Assembly: GCA_052168235.1 (NCBI GenBank)
Contig: JBQLZK010000061.1
Span: forward strand, 1 to 45,658
Length of the DNA stretch: 45,658 nt
From: Thainema sp.
Lineage (GTDB): Bacteria; Cyanobacteriota; Cyanobacteriia; Phormidesmidales; Phormidesmidaceae
Reading direction: 5' to 3'
Shown here: piece by piece, positions 31,911 to 41,400 of the stretch
Numbering within the stretch: the stretch's first letter is position 1
How the letters are laid out: each line of letters opens with the position of its first letter
Notes under the pieces: model-generated
The model's input: the letters and a program-made list of their open reading frames with translations, nothing else
Told to the model about the DNA's origin: nothing
The model's database searches: none
Position numbers and translations under genes: made by a program

Positions 31911-33221
31911 CTACAGCAAGCGGAGCTGAGTATCGGCGATGTCTACCTCCGTCAGGTAATCCTCCAGCGTCATGTCTGATCCTGGCGTAATCAGCCGACT
32001 ATCTTCGTCTACTCCAGCCAATAAAGCGTGAGCGGCTTCGAGCATCAAAGCAGAGATATCGGTCAGGTCATCGCGATTCGTTAAATAGGTTTCCAGTGCT
32101 GCAATTGGATCGATACTTTGGCCAATGCCCAGTTCTGGCAGGCGCGATCGCACTTGCTGGTTGACCAGCTCTGGATGAATCGTGTAGGTGTGGGCTGGAG
32201 CTAGAGCTGCATGGATTTGGGCCATGTCGATGTCATCGGTTTGCTCAGGCCGGATTTTGTAGTTGAGCCGCACGACGGCATCGGTAATCTCCGCTTTTGC
32301 GATCGCAGCCAGCAGTTTGTCGTGGGGATGCTCGGCTTTTGAAACATCAGTCGTGACGGTTTGAAAGCGGCGGGCTGGCAGAACACAGAATTCGGCCTGC
32401 GCTCGGCCTCGTTCAATGTCAGCCAGGATGTAGCCTTTGTCTTCCTGTTCCTCGCTGAAATCAACTCGCTCGATGCTGCCGGGATAAATTGTCAGCGGCT
32501 GTTCGCTCAGCACTTGATAGGTATGGACATGGCCCAGCGCAATATAGTCAAAACAGTCTCGCGTCAGCACATTCAGCGGCACGGTGAAGCCCTTGCCGAC
32601 GGCTAGAAACCGCTCTGCCCCATAGCGGGCGGTATCCGTCATCAAGTGGGCCAGCAAAATTGTGGGCAATGTTGGATCTAGGCGGCGAATTTCGCCTTCT
32701 AAAGCGGCTCGTAGTCGATCAATCAGCAGATAATTGACATCGGCGAGGGACAATCCCTCTGTTTCCGGTCGGGTCAGCAGCGTGGAGCGGGTCAGCCAGG
32801 GCAGCGTTACCACCTGCACGCTGCCGCTGGCGGTTTCGATCTGATGTGTTTCTAGCCGATCACCCACAATGAAGCCCGGTACGCCGAGGGTGCGATAGAT
32901 GCAGAGACTGGCTCCGCCGACACCTTGGGAATGCTGATCATGGTTGCCAACCAAGAGTACGGTAGGGATTTCGGCATCGACCAGGCGACGAAACTGTCGC
33001 GCAAAGGCTTCCTGGACGAACGGCGGCGGTGTGGCATCGGGAAAGGCGTCGCCACCAAACAGAACCAAATCTACGGGTTCTGCGATCGCACGATCAATAC
33101 AGCGGCCCAGCGTGTTCACGAAGTCCTCTAGGCGGGTGTTTAATCCCGTTTCGGAGTTGACGCGTCCGTGGCAGAAACCACTGCCCATGTGGATGTCGGA
33201 GAGGTGCAAAATTTTAACCAT
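31911..33221 (-). CDS. sbcD: Exonuclease SbcCD subunit D
   Basis: ILHLSDIH, GGDAF, LVGNHD, LAH, YIALGHVH, YPGSIERVDFSE; ATG 33221 preferred. Confidence 0.93.
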   Translation of the reverse strand: MVKILHLSDIHMGSGFCHGRVNSETGLNTRLEDFVNTLGRCIDRAIAEPVDLVLFGGDAFPDATPPPFVQEAFARQFRRLVDAEIPTVLLVGNHDQHSQGVGGASLCIYRTLGVPGFIVGDRLETHQIETASGSVQVVTLPWLTRSTLLTRPETEGLSLADVNYLLIDRLRAALEGEIRRLDPTLPTILLAHLMTDTARYGAERFLAVGKGFTVPLNVLTRDCFDYIALGHVHTYQVLSEQPLTIYPGSIERVDFSEEQEDKGYILADIERGRAQAEFCVLPARRFQTVTTDVSKAEHPHDKLLAAIAKAEITDAVVRLNYKIRPEQTDDIDMAQIHAALAPAHTYTIHPELVNQQVRSRLPELGIGQSIDPIAALETYLTNRDDLTDISALMLEAAHALLAGVDEDSRLITPGSDMTLEDYLTEVDIADTQLRLL

Positions 33222-33358
33222 AGCGGCATCTCTGGCGATTCGTACTGGCAGCTTGTTAACTGTATAGTACGTCGGTATACAGTGCGTTTGCACTCCCCTA
33301 GGTCAAATTCGTGGGTGATGCAGCGATTGCGGCAGTCGGTTCTTGGGGAATTTAAAAA

Positions 33359-33397
33359 TGAATTGAGGGTCATCCACGTGGGACGACCCTCAATTCA
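33359..33397 (-). terminator. Terminator of the hli gene
   Basis: tgaattgagggtc...gaccctcaattca 13-bp arms, with a T-rich run after it on the minus strand. Confidence 0.75.
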
Positions 33398-33415
33398 GTG
33401 CTTGAGTGAGGCTGT

Positions 33416-33616
33416 TTAGAACAAGCCCAACCATTGGAAGAAACCTTGGCCAGTTACTAATTCAACGATTAGCGCACCGAGGAAGCCGACCATTGCTAGG
33501 CGACCATTCCAGAGTTCGGCGCTGGGGTTGGAACCGAATTCGAATTTGGTGCCATACTCGCCATAGGGACGACGAAACTGATCTTCGTAAGTTACGTTGT
33601 CTTGTGGGTTAGTCAT
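33416..33616 (-). CDS. High light-inducible protein (Hli/SCP, chlorophyll a/b-binding family)
   Basis: AELWNGRLAMVGF...VELVTGQG, single TM helix with ExxNxR motif. Confidence 0.95.
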   Translation of the reverse strand: MTNPQDNVTYEDQFRRPYGEYGTKFEFGSNPSAELWNGRLAMVGFLGALIVELVTGQGFFQWLGLF

Positions 33617-33916
33617 AATTGTCTGTCCTGAGTGTGTTCTGATTTATGACAGGTAGGTTTAGCTGGACGACAGAGCCGGATTGGTAGAACCTTGCTCTAG
33701 AGCAGCTTTGGCAAACCCAACTGCGTGTTGTTAATTAACTTAACAATCAGCTCTGCTGCACAAACTCTGTAATCAGAGAGAACAATTTAAAACCATTTTT
33801 CCCTCATCAGCTAGATCTGTGCTGAACTGTAGCCGTTGACACTGAAGCAGTTTTCAAGTGTAGCTAGCGCGATCGCACATTTCATTCCGGCTTCATTCAT
33901 AGCAGCAGCTTAAAGC

Positions 33917-33959
33917 GCGATCGCACTTGTGCATCTGGGGGAATGGAAAGTGCGATCGC
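33917..33959 (-). terminator. HIP1-based inverted repeat downstream of the CU044_2847-like gene
   Basis: gcgatcgcactt (33917-33928) / aagtgcgatcgc (33948-33959). Confidence 0.45.
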
Positions 33960-33974
33960 TATTCCAGGCACCGA

Positions 33975-34325
33975 TCAGTTTGATGTGGTTTGGCCTGGGA
34001 ATTTGCATTTGACTTGAACTTTGAAAGTGCCTTCGGCTGAACTTTCTGCTAAAACTGGCATTCCGGCTTTTCCCGCAATCTTGATATTGAACTCTAAGTT
34101 CATCTCTTCAATTTCCGCTAGACCAAAATTGACAAAGGCCCCAATCGCATATCTAGCATAGCCGCGAATTGTGCTGTGCACCTTCTTCATGTCGAGGGTA
34201 GGCAGGTTAATGTCACGGTAGCTGTCCTCATCGTCAGGTTCAACATCTGCGAGTTCTCCTGATTCAATGTAAAACTCATATTCCTCGCTACCGTCTTTGA
34301 CTACGAATTTTTGCAAATCTGACAT
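33975..34325 (-). CDS. CU044_2847 family / Trypco1-like peptidase co-occurring small protein
   Basis: 116 aa; acidic N terminus (EFYIES), helix TIRGYARYAIGAF, then EEMNLEFNIKIAGKAGMPVLAESSAEGTFKVQVKC (LEFxIKxxGxxGxP pattern); adjacent to a caspase gene. Confidence 0.75.
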   Translation of the reverse strand: MSDLQKFVVKDGSEEYEFYIESGELADVEPDDEDSYRDINLPTLDMKKVHSTIRGYARYAIGAFVNFGLAEIEEMNLEFNIKIAGKAGMPVLAESSAEGTFKVQVKCKFPGQTTSN

Positions 34326-34483
34326 GTGTGACCTCGTCATTAGAAAAGCAATTGGCAAAGTCACTTTAACTGTGCTAGAGGGACTATGAACCAAGAGGGT
34401 TTACAGAAATTTGAGTTTAAAGGATGGTGATCAGTGTGAAACCTAGTTATGCTGACTAAAACAGCAGCCTCACCAGCAGTAGC

Positions 34484-36781
34484 ATGGTTAAGTACGCACT
34501 TATCATTGGTATTAATCAATACGAAAACTTCTCAAATCTAAAGAGTGCAGCACAGGACGCTGAGACTGTAGCCCAACTATTAGAGCAACATCAGTATCAG
34601 GTGACAAGACTGCCCAGAAAATTGGTTAGCGAAAATCAATGGATAGTTGCACCTGATAAAAAGCTAGCTTATGACGAATTCAAAGATGAGCTGATCAAGT
34701 TCTTTCGGGAACGGGCAGAAAATCAAGAGGCTGTTTTATACTTTGCAGGTCACGGATTTCGCCTATTAGATGAACTAACGGAAGATCAAAAAGGCTTCTT
34801 AGCAACTTCTGACACAACGAAGGATGGCCAGAGTGCGATTCCATTCGACTCTCTCAATAAGCTGATGGGCCAAGCCCCTCTGAGTAGTCTCATGGTATTG
34901 ATGGATTGTTGTTATGCAGGAGCAATACTAAAAGAGAGACAAAACCTTTTACAACCGACTCAGACAACCTTAAGCCATAAGCATAATTCTTGTTTGATCG
35001 CAGCTTGTCGTGATTTTGAGCGTGCTAGAGAGAATAAAGAGCATGGTATTTTCACTGCTGCTGTGTTGCGAGGACTTTCAGCCGATAACGCGGTGCAGGG
35101 AGCAGTAACGAGTAATGATCTCTTTGGTTTTGTCGAGCGAGAACTCCGGAATAGTGGGCAAGAAGTGGTTCATGCCGGTATGGGAAGTGCAGTTACTCTT
35201 GTCACTTATCCCGATCCATTAGAGCTTTCGCTTAATCTACCAGCTAATACAGCCAAGGTATTTATCAGCTACCGGAGTCAACCGCCGGATTGTGATTTAG
35301 CAGAGAAATTTTACAAAGCACTGCGAGCTGAGGGCCATGAGGTCTTTATGGCGGCGGAAAGTATTCGTTTAGGTGATAACTGGTCGCAGCGAATTGATCA
35401 TGAATTAGAACAATGCGACTACTTTCTATTGTTATTGTCAGCCCAATCTGCTGTGAGTGAGATGGTGACTAAAGAGGTGCAGCGGGCAAAGGAGTTACGC
35501 GAAACCCGTGAATCTCGAAAGCCTGGAATTTTGCCAATCCGTGTTCAGTTTCCAATTAGCGGATCGATTAACTACGACCTGCAAGGATATCTCGACCAAA
35601 TACAGCAGCGGGAATGGAATTCAGCAGCGGACACTTCTAAGATTTTGGAAGAGGTGTTAACAATTTTAGCCGAGGAGCAAATTCCTGAATCTATAGCTTC
35701 ACAGACTGTTCCTGAGCCTTTAATTGATCATCCAGATAGTCCGCCAGTTCCTGTTGCACCACCAGAGTTACCTGGAGGACAAGTTGACTTAGCATCGCGT
35801 TACTACGTTGAGCGTCCTCCTATTGAAAAAAACTGTTACGAAACAATTTTAAAGCCAGGAGCCTTAATTAGAGTTAAGGCCCCTCGACAAATGGGTAAAA
35901 CATCGTTGATGTCGCGTATCCTGCATCATGCAGGAGAAAATCAGTATCTTACTGTGCCTTTGAGTTTTCAACTGGCCGATGCAGCAATCTTTGCTGATTT
36001 GGACAAATTTCTACGATGGTTTTGCGCCAGTATTGGACGACGGCTGCGACTACCTAATAAACTAGCCGATTATTGGGATGATATTTTTGGCAGCAAAGAC
36101 AACTGTACTGCTTATTTTGAAGAATATCTATTGCCAGAAATTTCTGCACCGTTGGTGTTGGGGTTAGATGAAGTAGATATGGTATTTGAGCATCCCAACA
36201 TTGCGGCAGATTTTATGGGATTGCTGCGAGCGTGGCATGAATCAGCCAAAGTAAATCAGCTTTGGAAGAAGCTACGATTGGTTGTAGTGCATTCAACAGA
36301 AGTTTATATTCCAATGAATATAAACCAGTCTCCCTTCAATGTTGGGTTACCTATTGAGCTAACAGAATTTACAGCAGCACAAATATTGGATTTATCACAA
36401 CGACATGGTTTGGAGTGGCGCAATGATGAAGTAAAGCAGTTAATGGCAATGGTAGGCGGACATCCTTATTTGCTGCGAGTAGCCCTTTACAAAATAGCAA
36501 GACAGGAAACAACTTTAGATGATTTACTCAAAGCTGCTCCTACTGAATCTGGGCCATATGGTGATCATCTACGTCGTCATCTATGGAACCTAGAACAACG
36601 ATCAGAAATGGCAGAAGCCACAAAACGAGTCATGCAATCAGCTCGTCCAGTTCGGCTTGAAGCAATTCAGGCATTTCAGTTACACAGTATGGGCGTTGTT
36701 CACCTAAGAGGGAATGAAGTATTCCCCCGCTGCAATTTGTACCGACAGTATTTTAATGATCGCCTCAGTGTTAGAAATTAA
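34484..36781 (+). CDS. Caspase (peptidase C14)-TIR-AAA_35 (STAND-like NTPase) protein
   Basis: [16 protein letters not shown] (His90), MDCC (Cys143), HGIFT; TIR KVFISY...[17 protein letters not shown] (Glu331); Walker [10 protein letters not shown], Walker B LGLDEVD, QSPFNVG, GGHPYL. Confidence 0.9.
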   Translation: MVKYALIIGINQYENFSNLKSAAQDAETVAQLLEQHQYQVTRLPRKLVSENQWIVAPDKKLAYDEFKDELIKFFRERAENQEAVLYFAGHGFRLLDELTEDQKGFLATSDTTKDGQSAIPFDSLNKLMGQAPLSSLMVLMDCCYAGAILKERQNLLQPTQTTLSHKHNSCLIAACRDFERARENKEHGIFTAAVLRGLSADNAVQGAVTSNDLFGFVERELRNSGQEVVHAGMGSAVTLVTYPDPLELSLNLPANTAKVFISYRSQPPDCDLAEKFYKALRAEGHEVFMAAESIRLGDNWSQRIDHELEQCDYFLLLLSAQSAVSEMVTKEVQRAKELRETRESRKPGILPIRVQFPISGSINYDLQGYLDQIQQREWNSAADTSKILEEVLTILAEEQIPESIASQTVPEPLIDHPDSPPVPVAPPELPGGQVDLASRYYVERPPIEKNCYETILKPGALIRVKAPRQMGKTSLMSRILHHAGENQYLTVPLSFQLADAAIFADLDKFLRWFCASIGRRLRLPNKLADYWDDIFGSKDNCTAYFEEYLLPEISAPLVLGLDEVDMVFEHPNIAADFMGLLRAWHESAKVNQLWKKLRLVVVHSTEVYIPMNINQSPFNVGLPIELTEFTAAQILDLSQRHGLEWRNDEVKQLMAMVGGHPYLLRVALYKIARQETTLDDLLKAAPTESGPYGDHLRRHLWNLEQRSEMAEATKRVMQSARPVRLEAIQAFQLHSMGVVHLRGNEVFPRCNLYRQYFNDRLSVRN

Positions 36782-36807
36782 AGCTTAATATTCAGAAAAG
36801 CAAGCTT

Positions 36808-38415
36808 ATGAACTACGAAATCAATAAATATGAGTACCAAGTTGGGGGTAGCTTACCTGCAGAATCACCAACATACGTAAAACGAAAGGCAGATGATGAG
36901 CTTTTTGACAAACTTAAGGCAAGTGAATTTTGTTACGTGTTTAATTCACGCCAAATGGGCAAATCAAGTTTGCGAATCCGGGTGAAAAAGCGTTTAGAAT
37001 CTGAAGGAATTGTTTGTGGAGAACTTGATCTCCAGCAAATTGGAAGCCATGACCTAACTCCAGAACAGTGGTATGCAGGCGTTATAAGAAATTTATCTAG
37101 GAGTTTTCGTCTTCAGTCTCAAATAAATTTGCCGACTTGGTTGCGTGAAAGAAATCATCTATCTCCTGTTCAAAGACTATCAGAATTTATTGAAGATGTT
37201 CTTCTTAAGAAGATACCAGGAAAAATCGTTGTATTTATTGATGAAATCGACACAATTTTGGATCTCAATTTTCAAACTGATAGTTTTTTTGCTCTCATTC
37301 GGAATTTATTAGATGAGAGAGGCAGTAAGATGGCTTATGAACGAGTATCATTTTGTCTGCTTGGAGTTGCAATACCTAGCAGCTTAATTCAAGATAAATC
37401 TCGCACCCCATTTAATATAGGATACTCAATAGAGTTACAGGGTTTTCAGTTAAATGAGGCTGAACCACTGATTCATGGATTAAAATCTCATGCCGAAGAC
37501 CCACAAGCCGTAATGAGATCCATTTTAAAATGGACAGGAGGTCAGCCATTTTTAACTCAAAAGATATGCAATATAGTAACTAACAGCGCAGACATAATTT
37601 GCAAAAAAGACGAAGAAAATCGAATCAAAAAGATTATAAGCCTTTATATTACGAAGAACTGGAAGCAAAATGACGAGCCAATGCACCTCAGAGTTATTGA
37701 ACACCGAATACTTCAAAATCCTCAGAAAGCGAATCGTTTACTTAGCTTATACCAAAAAATCATTTTAAAGAGAAACAAGATTCTTATTGAAGAATCAGAG
37801 GAACAGCTTGAGCTTTCGCTTTCAGGACTAGTGGTGAAAAAAGGAGGAAAGCTAGAAGTTCAAAATAAAATATACAGAAAAGTTTTTTCTCAGGCATGGA
37901 TTAGAAGGAGCCTAGAAAATATACAGCCAAATCATAATAAATATATCAATTGGCTAAAATCCAACAAAAAAAATGAATTGTTGCTTCTGAGTGGAGAAGA
38001 ATTGAACTGCCTCCTAGAGTGGGCAGAAGATAAGGATCTAAGTTCACAGCTGTACTCCTATATATTAAGCAGTTTGCAGAAGCAAAAGGTTGAAATTGAA
38101 GCTGAATATAGGAAATTCCAGGGTTTGCTTTTGGTTGAAGAAAAGCTGAAAACTGATATCGAACAGAAGTCTTTAAAAGAAGTTAGTTCATATCAAGCCA
38201 GATTAGAGCAAGCCCTGAGTTTATTTAGGAAGTTTAGATATGTTCTTGTATTATCAATCATCATTCTGGTAACCAACGTAGCATCGTTGTTTTTTTATGT
38301 GAGTGAAGAAAGAATGAGTGTAATTTTAAGCATGCTATCTGCAATTTTGTTTAGTTCTTTGTCAGTGAAATTCATAAAAGAAATTATTGAAAAGCAACAA
38401 CAGAATATAACTTAA
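36808..38415 (+). CDS. AAA_35 NTPase with coiled coil and two C-terminal TM helices
   Basis: [47 protein letters not shown]; hydrophobic [21 protein letters not shown] and [16 protein letters not shown] at the C terminus. Confidence 0.88.
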   Translation: MNYEINKYEYQVGGSLPAESPTYVKRKADDELFDKLKASEFCYVFNSRQMGKSSLRIRVKKRLESEGIVCGELDLQQIGSHDLTPEQWYAGVIRNLSRSFRLQSQINLPTWLRERNHLSPVQRLSEFIEDVLLKKIPGKIVVFIDEIDTILDLNFQTDSFFALIRNLLDERGSKMAYERVSFCLLGVAIPSSLIQDKSRTPFNIGYSIELQGFQLNEAEPLIHGLKSHAEDPQAVMRSILKWTGGQPFLTQKICNIVTNSADIICKKDEENRIKKIISLYITKNWKQNDEPMHLRVIEHRILQNPQKANRLLSLYQKIILKRNKILIEESEEQLELSLSGLVVKKGGKLEVQNKIYRKVFSQAWIRRSLENIQPNHNKYINWLKSNKKNELLLLSGEELNCLLEWAEDKDLSSQLYSYILSSLQKQKVEIEAEYRKFQGLLLVEEKLKTDIEQKSLKEVSSYQARLEQALSLFRKFRYVLVLSIIILVTNVASLFFYVSEERMSVILSMLSAILFSSLSVKFIKEIIEKQQQNIT

Positions 38416-38477
38416 AAGAAAGTGCCTGTACGGGTTTCATATCACATCGCGATTAAAGAGTAGTGAGGTGAAAAGTT

Positions 38478-41400
38478 ATGAGTGGCAATACTAACAACTA
38501 TGAATATCAAGTTGGTGGTAGTTTACCACCTAATTCACCAACCTATGTAAAACGGCGGGCAGATGATGATTTATATACAAAGCTTACAGCTGGTGAGTTT
38601 TGTTATGTACTGAACTCACGTCAAATGGGAAAGTCTAGTTTACGTGTGCAAACAATGCAGCGGTTAAAGGCTGAAGGAATTGCGTGTGCAGTAATTGATA
38701 TTACGGCTATTGGGAGTCAGAACATTAGTGCAGATCAATGGTATGCAGGAATAATTCGTAGTCTTACTACAAACTTTAATTTAGCACGAAAAGTTAATCT
38801 TCGAACTTGGCTACGCGAAAGAGATTTTTTGACTCCCATTCAGCGGCTAGGAGAATTTATTGAGTTTATTTTACTTGAAGAAATTGATCAACCTATAGTT
38901 GTTTTTATAGATGAGATTGATGGTGTACTCAGCTTTCAATTTTCCATTGATGATTTTTTTGCTTACATCCGTTTCTGTTCAAATCAACGTGTCGATAAAC
39001 CTATCTATAAAAAATTAACATTTTGTTTATTGGGTGTTGCGGCTCCAGCGGCTTTAATTCAAGATAAAAGACGAACACCGTTTAATATTGGTCATGCTAT
39101 TCCGTTAAGAGGTTTTCAATTTGACGAAGCACGATCATTGACTTTGGGACTACAAAAGAAAGCCGAAAATCCGGAATCCGTTCTCCAAGAAATTTTGGTT
39201 TGGACAGGGGGACAGCCTTTTTTAACTCAGAAAGTTTGCGATTTAGTGCGATCACTCAATGTGTTTATTCATACTAAAGATGAGGTGGCCAGCATTGCTC
39301 ATCTTGTGCGAACTCATATTATTGATAGCTGGGAAAATCAAGATGAGCCAGAGCATTTAAGAACTATCAGAGATAGATTGCTAAGCGATGAGAAAAAAAC
39401 GGGAAGCTTATTAAGTATCTATCAGCAGGTTTTACAAAAAGGATCAATTTATACCGATGGTAGTCAGGAGCAGACAGAATTACGTTTGTCAGGATTAGTA
39501 TTTGAGCAAAATGGAAAATTAAGAGTATATAATCGTATATACGAACTGATTTTTAGCAAAAATTGGATTGACTCAACTTTGGCTAATCTAAGACCCTACG
39601 CTGAAGCTTTAGCCGCTTGGATAAATTCTAGTTATACCGATAGTTCTCGCCTACTAAGAGGGCAAGCTCTACGAGATGCCTTAGTCTGGTCTTCTAACAA
39701 AAGTTTGAGCATTTCAGATTATAGTTTTTTATCTGCAAGTCAATCTCTAGAGAGAGAGATGATGCAGGCTGAGCTACGAGCTCAGCAAAAAGCTAATCGA
39801 ATTTTAGAAAAGGCAAAGCAGAAAGTAGAGCTAGCACTACAACAAGAACAGCAAGCAAAGCAGAAAATGCTTGAAGCAGAGCATCAATCAGCACAGGCAA
39901 TGCAAAGATTAGAACTTGCTTTGGAACAAGAAAGAAGGATTGAAGCCAAAGTATTAAAGTCAGAAAAGAAGTCTTTCCCAACTAAACACGACAAACACAA
40001 GAAAGATCGAACTCCTTTTGTGGGTTTTAGCATAGCCGTATTTCTCTTGGCAGCAGCGATTGGGCAACGGTTTTATAACGAACCCAAACTAACGGTTGGA
40101 ACAGTCGCTCCGCAGACCTTCGTTGCTCCTGAAAATGCTACTATCACCGATGAAGCAGCAACTGCGGAGCGGCGGCGTGCAGCAGAAAACGGTTCGCTTA
40201 AAATTCTTATGATTGATTCAGCTGCCGACCAAGCGATTTTGAATCGGCTCCAACAGCTTCTGAATCAGGGTACACAAATTCGGCAAAATCCAGAAATTCT
40301 TACACAAGAAGAACTGCAAGATTCTTCATTTTTTTATTTACATGGTGAAACATTACTCAATTTTTCTAGTGCGGAATGGTGGGAAACACAAACAGCTATC
40401 CGAGATATTGTTCAAGAAATACTTGCGGGAGGAATTGCTCAGGGTACTCCTGATTCAGTCTTACAGAGAGCCGTTGATTGGCAAGTTGAGTCATCTGTTC
40501 CTGCAAAAGCACAGTCTTTCGCAACTAAATTGATTTTGGAGGTGCTAAAACCCAATCTAATTGAAGATTCAGAGCAGACGCGGATGGCAGCGCAACGGGC
40601 AGCGCAAGCGGTTGATCCGGTTCAGTACACTGTGCAGGAGGGGGGCACTATCGTGGCCGTGGGTGAGGAAATCACCCAGGAAACCTTTGTTGTTTTGGAC
40701 TATTTTGGCCTCAGTCGTCGGGGAGTAAATTGGATTGGCTTTGTTGGCTTTGGCATTGCGATCACAGGTTCAGTGACGCTCTTTCTTTGGGTTGAGCAGA
40801 CATTTTATTTAGGCTTACGTCACCGCGATCACATTCTGCTCTTTCTCTTAGCGCTCAGCACTCCCGTTGTAGCAGTCGTCAACAGCTCAATTGTGACCTT
40901 ACCCGCTGTGGGACTCCTGACGGGTAGCTTCTATGGGTCAATCTTGAGCGTTACCGTGGTTGGCCTGCTGGCAGTGCTGCTGCCGATTGGGCTCGAACTG
41001 AGCATGGTGCCCTTCATTGCAGCGGCAGCAGGTGGCATTGTGGGCGGCATCATGGCGGGGCGGTTGCGATCGCGAGAAGAACTGGCGCTGTTGGGTGGAG
41101 CCGTAGGCTTGACCCAAGCGGTTGTTTATCTGCTGCTGACGCTGATTTTCACCGGCGGTAGCAGTCCCATTTGGTATTTGCTCATTGCTAATTCTGCTTG
41201 GCATGGCTTTATAGGGCTGGCTTGGAGCGTGGTGGCGCTGGGGATTAGCCCGTATTTAGAGCATGTATTCGACTTGGTTACGGCCATTCGACTGGCTGAA
41301 CTGTCCAATCCCAATCGCCCGCTGCTCAAGCGATTTGCCTATGAGGCTCCGGGTACATTCCAACATACAATGTTTGTCGCCTCTTTAGCTGAAGCGGCAG

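Noticed and set aside
31911..33221. sbcD without sbcC (and stand-alone pdeM) as part of a novel system
   Set aside because: Unlinked copies are usual in cyanobacteria; both have host-like composition with HIP1 and lie outside the island.
33720..33780. HLR1/RpaB site upstream of the hli gene
   Set aside because: Expected biologically, but only weak partial matches to the paired (G/T)TTACA(T/A)(T/A) repeat are visible.
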